Part shown: piece by piece, positions 60,044 to 64,000 of the stretch
Layout of the letters: the number at the start of each line of letters is the position of its first letter
Position numbering within the stretch: position 1 is the first letter of the stretch
From: Vicinamibacterales bacterium
GTDB taxonomy: Bacteria > Acidobacteriota > Vicinamibacteria > Vicinamibacterales > UBA2999
DNA: 64,000 nucleotides
NCBI GenBank assembly: GCA_035263125.1
Contig: DATFRP010000082.1
Location: forward strand, 4,680 to 68,679
Direction: 5' to 3'
Position numbers and translations under genes: made by a program
Notes under the pieces: generated by a model
Seen by the model: only the letters and a program-made list of their open reading frames with translations
What the model was told of the DNA's origin: nothing
The model's database searches: none

Positions 60044-61171
60044 CTACTTCGCAAACGGTCCAACTTCCGGCTTTCCCTGCGTGTTCGCGAGCGGTCCCAA
60101 TTCTGCCGCAACACCGCGCGCGATCGCGGCGGTCTCGCTGCCCGCCTGGAAGCAGGTGAAGTCCGGACGATCGCGCCACGCAATCGGTCCGCACAAGCGG
60201 ATGCCTGCTTTGATCGTCGCGTCATGGACGATGTTGATCGCACGCTCGTAGTCGGGTGTGCCCTGCCTGAAACCGGAGAAGTTGCCGAGATCGCCGCTCG
60301 CTGCAAACAGCGCTGATACGCCGGGAACCTTCGCGATCTCGTCGGCGTTCTTCAGCCCTTCGAGCGTCTCGATCATCAGGACGAGCACGATATTGTCGTT
60401 GATGGTGTTGCGGTACCCACCCGGCACGTTGCCCCACATGCTCGCATCGAACGCCTGGCCACCGCCGTTGCTGCGGCGTCCGAGCGGCGGGAAGTAGGTC
60501 CAGTTGCGCGCCTCGATCGCTTCCTGCACAGTATCGACAGTCGGCACCACGATGACGAGTGCGCCGGCATCGAGCGCGTGCTGGATCTCGCGTTCGTCGG
60601 TATAAGCCACACGGACACCGGGCACCGCCTTCGCGTACGGGCAGGTGTGCCACATCTTCGAGGCGGTCTCCCAATCGCGCTGATCGTGCTGCATCTCGGT
60701 CCAGATGAAGTCGTAGCCAGCGTTGGCCATTGCGCAGTAGGTCGCTGGATCGGTTGCGCTGAACAGCGTGCCGCCGGTGACCTTGCCACCGGCCATCAGC
60801 TTCAACTTCACCGGATTCCAGATCTTCGATCCCGGCGGCGGGTTGAACGCCGTGCCGTATTTCCAGGTGCCCGGGTCGAATGGACCCTGATTGACCGCGC
60901 CCATCGGCGCGACGTTGCGGGCGTTGCTGTCCTTGCCCGCGGGGGCGGCCAGCGGGAACGTCTGCGTTCCAGGGGCTGCGTTGTTGGCGTATGGGTCGGC
61001 GCCGGCGCGCCCGCGTCCCTGCGCCGTTCCCTGATCGGCGGCCTGCCCGCGGCCCTGGCCCTGCGGTTGCGCCTGCGGCGCGTTGGTCGCCGGCGCATTC
61101 TGAGCGTGCGCGGCAAACACCGCGATAGCAACCACGGCGGTCAACACGATCGCCAAAGCCAGTCTGGTCAT
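60044..61171 (-). CDS. HpcH/HpaI aldolase family protein with signal peptide and Gln/Gly/Arg-rich linker
   Basis: MTRLALAIVLTAVVAIAVFAAHAQ, then QAQPQGQGRGQAADQGTAQGRGRAG, then the aldolase core (ANAGYDFIWTEMQHD, VRVAYTDEREIQHALDAGALVIVVP, MIETLEGLKNADEIAKVPGVSALF). Confidence 0.75.
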   Translation of the reverse strand: MTRLALAIVLTAVVAIAVFAAHAQNAPATNAPQAQPQGQGRGQAADQGTAQGRGRAGADPYANNAAPGTQTFPLAAPAGKDSNARNVAPMGAVNQGPFDPGTWKYGTAFNPPPGSKIWNPVKLKLMAGGKVTGGTLFSATDPATYCAMANAGYDFIWTEMQHDQRDWETASKMWHTCPYAKAVPGVRVAYTDEREIQHALDAGALVIVVPTVDTVQEAIEARNWTYFPPLGRRSNGGGQAFDASMWGNVPGGYRNTINDNIVLVLMIETLEGLKNADEIAKVPGVSALFAASGDLGNFSGFRQGTPDYERAINIVHDATIKAGIRLCGPIAWRDRPDFTCFQAGSETAAIARGVAAELGPLANTQGKPEVGPFAK

Positions 61172-61182
61172 GATGATCTCCT

Positions 61183-61285
61183 GAAGGCCCCAGGGCCCAG
61201 GCCCCAGGGCTCAGGGCTGTCTCAGACTTCAGGCCTGTGGCCTGGCCCAGCCCTGAGCCCTGGGGCCTGGGCCCTGGGGCCTTTC
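61183..61285. repeat. Near-perfect 37/38-bp inverted repeat built of GGSCYCA heptamers
   Basis: GAAGGCCCCAGGGCCCAGGCCCCAGGGCTCAGGGCTG-(28 nt)-CAGCCCTGAGCCCTGGGGCCTGGGCCCTGGGGCCTTTC. It lies downstream of the VOC gene stop and upstream of the aldolase start. Confidence 0.85.
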
Positions 61286-61348
61286 GTGGTGCAGACTATG
61301 CCACATCGAAAAGGGCGGTCACAACGCTCCGATCCCCCGGCGCGCGCC

Positions 61349-62293
61349 TCAGGCCGGCCGTGCGATCGCCCAGGTGACGCCGAGCAGATCCTCCACCATC
61401 GCCAGGCGATCGCCGTACTGCTGATCCGCTGGTGCCAGGACAGACTTCGATCCTGCCGCCACCGCCCGTTCGTAGAGCGCGTCGACGTCGGCCACGTAGA
61501 GATAGAATCCCGGCTTCTCGCTGCGATCAGGTGCCTCCCCCATCTCTACCGCCGCGTCTCCGATTCGCACGCGTGCGTGCATGACGACGCCCTGATGTTC
61601 GGCGCGGAATTCTTCGACGGCGCCGAACGCTCGCGTGAGGAAGTCGATGTATGACGGCGCATCGCGAGGATGAAGGTATGGCGTCACGGTCCGCAGTCCC
61701 TCGGGAACGGGCGTCGGTCCGAGGCTCGTAGCGATGAACCAGTAGTTGCCGAACGGATCCTCGACAAACCCTGCGCGCTCGCCATAAGGGCGGTTCTGAG
61801 GTTCACCCATCGACCTGCCGCCTGCGGCAATCGCACGCTCGAACGTCGCGTCCACGTCGGGCACGAAGATGTGGAACGACCCGTGAGGAGGGGCCGAGCC
61901 TACCGATGCGCGTTCGCTGATCATCAGCATCGAGTTGCCGACCCGCACCTCGCGATGGATGTGGTGTGGTGTGGGCACGCTGGCGATTTCAACGGCAGCA
62001 AATGCCTTCGTGATGAACTCCAGGAAACCTGAATCGCGTACCTGGACATAGGGCGTCACAGTCGTGAACCCTTCGCGAATCTTCACGGCTTCGAGCACTA
62101 TCGACATCGTCTTCTTCCTTTCCAGATTCGCCCGGAGCCGCGCCTTGAATGCCGCGCTCGGACACGATCGCAGATCGTTGGCCAGCCGCGCGAGCGGAGC
62201 GAGCTCCGCATCCGTGAGCGCTGACGTTGCATCGCCCTGCCCGAGCATCACGTCAATCGTCCGATCCAGGCGCTCGATGAGAGCCTCAGCCAT
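61349..62293 (-). CDS. Tandem VOC (glyoxalase/bleomycin-resistance fold) protein with anti-sigma-like N-terminal segment
   Basis: The N-terminal 60 aa or so are MAEALIERLDRTIDVMLGQGD...LAPLARLANDLRSCPSAAFKARLRANL. Two VOC-like modules follow (FTTVTPYVQV...PFGNYWFIAT; LRTVTPYLHP...LLGVTWAIA). The start overlaps the ECF sigma stop by 8 nt. Confidence 0.7.
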   Translation of the reverse strand: MAEALIERLDRTIDVMLGQGDATSALTDAELAPLARLANDLRSCPSAAFKARLRANLERKKTMSIVLEAVKIREGFTTVTPYVQVRDSGFLEFITKAFAAVEIASVPTPHHIHREVRVGNSMLMISERASVGSAPPHGSFHIFVPDVDATFERAIAAGGRSMGEPQNRPYGERAGFVEDPFGNYWFIATSLGPTPVPEGLRTVTPYLHPRDAPSYIDFLTRAFGAVEEFRAEHQGVVMHARVRIGDAAVEMGEAPDRSEKPGFYLYVADVDALYERAVAAGSKSVLAPADQQYGDRLAMVEDLLGVTWAIARPA

Positions 62294-62822
62294 GTCGGCC
62301 CTCCATGTGCTTGCGCAGGTTCTCGAGCGCGCGCAACTGCAGCTGTTTCACCGCGCCTTCTGATCGATCGAGCGCGGCCGCGATCTCGCGGATGCTCTTC
62401 TCCTCGGCAAACCGCATCTCGATCACCTGCCGCTGCGTGTCGGGAAGGCGCTCGATGAGATCGGCGATCAGCGCGCGACGCTCGATCTCTTCCGACTCGC
62501 GGTCGTCCGGCATATCGGGTGGCGGATCGGGTGAGTCGCGCTCGGTCTGCTTTCGCCGATCGGCGATCGCGTTGGCGGCAATGCGGTAGAGCCACGCCAC
62601 GAACGGCACGCCGCGCCACTCGAACCGCCGCAGGTTCGTCAGCGCCCGCTCGAAGACCGCCGAGGTGATATCCTCCGCCTCGGCCCGGCTGCCGGTTCGA
62701 CGGATCACGTAGCCGTAGACGCGCTGGAAGTGGCGATCGTAGAGGTCGACAAAGCGAGCCGGATCGGCCTGCGCCGCTTCGATCAGCGTCCGTTCGTCGT
62801 AATCGTCAGCGATCGTCACCAC
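62286..62822 (-). CDS. ECF-type RNA polymerase sigma-70 factor
   Basis: Region 2 (FVDLYDRHFQRVYGYVIRRTGSRAEAEDITSAVFERA, FVAWLYRIAANAIADR) and region 4 (LPDTQRQVIEMRFAEEKSIREIAAALDRSEGAVKQLQLRALENLR). GTG start. Confidence 0.9.
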   Translation of the reverse strand: MVTIADDYDERTLIEAAQADPARFVDLYDRHFQRVYGYVIRRTGSRAEAEDITSAVFERALTNLRRFEWRGVPFVAWLYRIAANAIADRRKQTERDSPDPPPDMPDDRESEEIERRALIADLIERLPDTQRQVIEMRFAEEKSIREIAAALDRSEGAVKQLQLRALENLRKHMEGRHG

Positions 62823-62875
62823 CTGCGTCGATCAGAGTAACTGGCGGCAGGGACAAAAAGTTACGGGAGGCTTCG

Positions 62876-63865
62876 ATGGCTGCGCGAATGGCTCGTCTCG
62901 TCGTTCTGGTCCTGGTGGCGGTCGGAGCGCTGCCCGGTCTTGCGCACGCCGCCGATGACTGTGACCGCGGCTGCCTGAAAGCCACGCTCGACCGCTACCT
63001 CACCGCGGTGACGATGCACGATTCGGCAGCAGCGCCGCTGGCGGTCGGCTTCCGGCAGACGGAAAACGCGATCGTCGTAAAGCTGGGCACCGGCACCTGG
63101 AAGTCGGTCACGGGACTTGGATCACTGCAGCGACGGTATCTCGATCCGGTCAGCGGGCAGGCCGCGTACTTCGGCGTGGTCAACGAAGGCAGCTCGTCGG
63201 CCATCGTCACGGTCCGCGTGAAAGTCGAGCGCCGACAGATCACCGAAGCCGAATGGTATCTGGCACGACAGGGCGACCCGGGACTGAACGGCCCGCAACA
63301 GCCCGGGCAGCCTGCGGGCAATTTCTTCGATCCCGAAAACCTCACCAAGAATCCGCCGCCCGAGCGTACGCTCCCCAAGGCGGACCGCCTCTCACGCGAA
63401 TCGCTGATTGGCATCACCAACAGCTACTTCGATGGCATCACGACGCACGACGGGTCGATCATTCAGGCGCATCAGGGATGCGCGCGCACCGAGAACGGGC
63501 TTACGGTGACGGGACGTGCCGCACGCGGAGGCGGCGCACCCGCTGGTGCGGCACCCGGCGGCCGCGGAGGCACCAGCGACTGCACGTCGGGACTGGAAAC
63601 GATCAACATCCAGATGGTCGCCGCACGTCGATATCCGGTCGTCGACGAGGAGGCCGGTGTCGTCCTGGCGATGGCGATCTTCATCCGCAAGCCCGGGACC
63701 ACCACACGACGCAACGTGTTCAGCGAGTGGTTCGTGATCGAGAACCAGAAGATCCGCAGCATCTACTCGGCGATGTTCTATCCCGCCCCTGAAGTGCCCG
63801 TCCCGAACTGGCCTCCCTACGATGGCAACTGGCCGCTGTCACCAACCCTCGCACCGTCAAAGTAG
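62876..63865 (+). CDS. Secreted hypothetical protein
   Basis: GGGAGG precedes the ATG. Signal MAARMARLVVLVLVAVGALPGLAHA, then ADDCDRGCLKATLDRYLTAVTMHD.... Composition is coherent through to the stop. I cannot assign a family. Confidence 0.65.
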   Translation: MAARMARLVVLVLVAVGALPGLAHAADDCDRGCLKATLDRYLTAVTMHDSAAAPLAVGFRQTENAIVVKLGTGTWKSVTGLGSLQRRYLDPVSGQAAYFGVVNEGSSSAIVTVRVKVERRQITEAEWYLARQGDPGLNGPQQPGQPAGNFFDPENLTKNPPPERTLPKADRLSRESLIGITNSYFDGITTHDGSIIQAHQGCARTENGLTVTGRAARGGGAPAGAAPGGRGGTSDCTSGLETINIQMVAARRYPVVDEEAGVVLAMAIFIRKPGTTTRRNVFSEWFVIENQKIRSIYSAMFYPAPEVPVPNWPPYDGNWPLSPTLAPSK

Positions 63866-63896
63866 CGGAGGTTCCTCCGCAACCTCCGTTTCCTCC
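63865..63896. repeat. Short 'CGGAGG' family hairpin after the stop codon
   Basis: GCGGAGGTTCCTCCGC (6-bp stem) followed by AACCTCCGTTTCCTCC. Confidence 0.5.
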
Positions 63897-64000
63897 AGAA
63901 AGTCACTCGACTGTTACACCACGACACATCGCCGTAATGTTCGACACATATAACTGAGCCCTCGGTCTTCGGTCCTTCGTTCGACAGGAGTACGACATAT

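Noticed and set aside
62823-62875. ECF-type autoregulatory promoter (GGAAC-N16-CGT) upstream of the sigma gene
   Set aside because: Only GTAAC/GTTAC direct repeats are present. The spacing to any CGTC-like -10 does not fit, so this is not reportable.
1-64000. tRNA, rRNA or tmRNA genes
   Set aside because: Every intergenic gap was inspected. No cloverleaf-compatible sequence with a GTTCRANYC T-loop and no rRNA-like stretch was seen. This is a by-eye search only, so tRNAscan or Infernal should confirm it.

Overview
This is a 64-kb, high-GC chromosomal segment (about two-thirds G+C from hand counts of sample lines) that is densely coding on both strands. The gene content suggests Acidobacteriota, which is an inference: a PadR regulator translationally coupled to an ADOP-type duplicated FtsX permease, a DUF1552/DUF1592 pair, many Sec/Tat-exported hydrolases, and Pro/Ser-rich linkers. 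I support about 46 protein genes and found no rRNA, tRNA or CRISPR array. In order, the window holds: (a) an edge-truncated TPR gene, FG-GAP and ankyrin repeat proteins, and DUF1552/DUF1592; (b) two paralogous secreted proteins of unknown function; (c) a winged-helix/P-loop/TPR STAND-like regulator; (d) ggt plus a Tat-exported MmgE/PrpD protein; (e) PadR-ADOP; (f) four MBL-fold hydrolases; (g) an HsaA-like flavoenzyme, thrC-like and xdhAB block; (h) an ACE-like M2 peptidase; (i) a cellulose synthase locus with fused BcsA-BcsB, BcsC, divergent GH8 BcsZ and a second GH8-CBM2 enzyme; (j) cyclase, BKACE, EEP and HpcH-aldolase genes; (k) an ECF sigma factor coupled to a VOC-domain partner. Most other long ORFs in the track are Arg/Gly-rich antisense shadows of these genes. 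Intergenic DNA is rich in dispersed hairpin repeats of at least four sequence families. The most unusual items are: (1) a 2.2-kb lower-GC insert between two convergent genes, bracketed by inverted GTTC-heptamer arrays and carrying one orphan ORF with a weak NERD/PD-(D/E)xK-like motif; (2) a lipoprotein built from about 14 tandem decapeptide repeats next to the bcs locus; (3) a 214-bp near-perfect hairpin at the end of bcsC. All functional calls rest on motif recognition by eye, and no database search was run.
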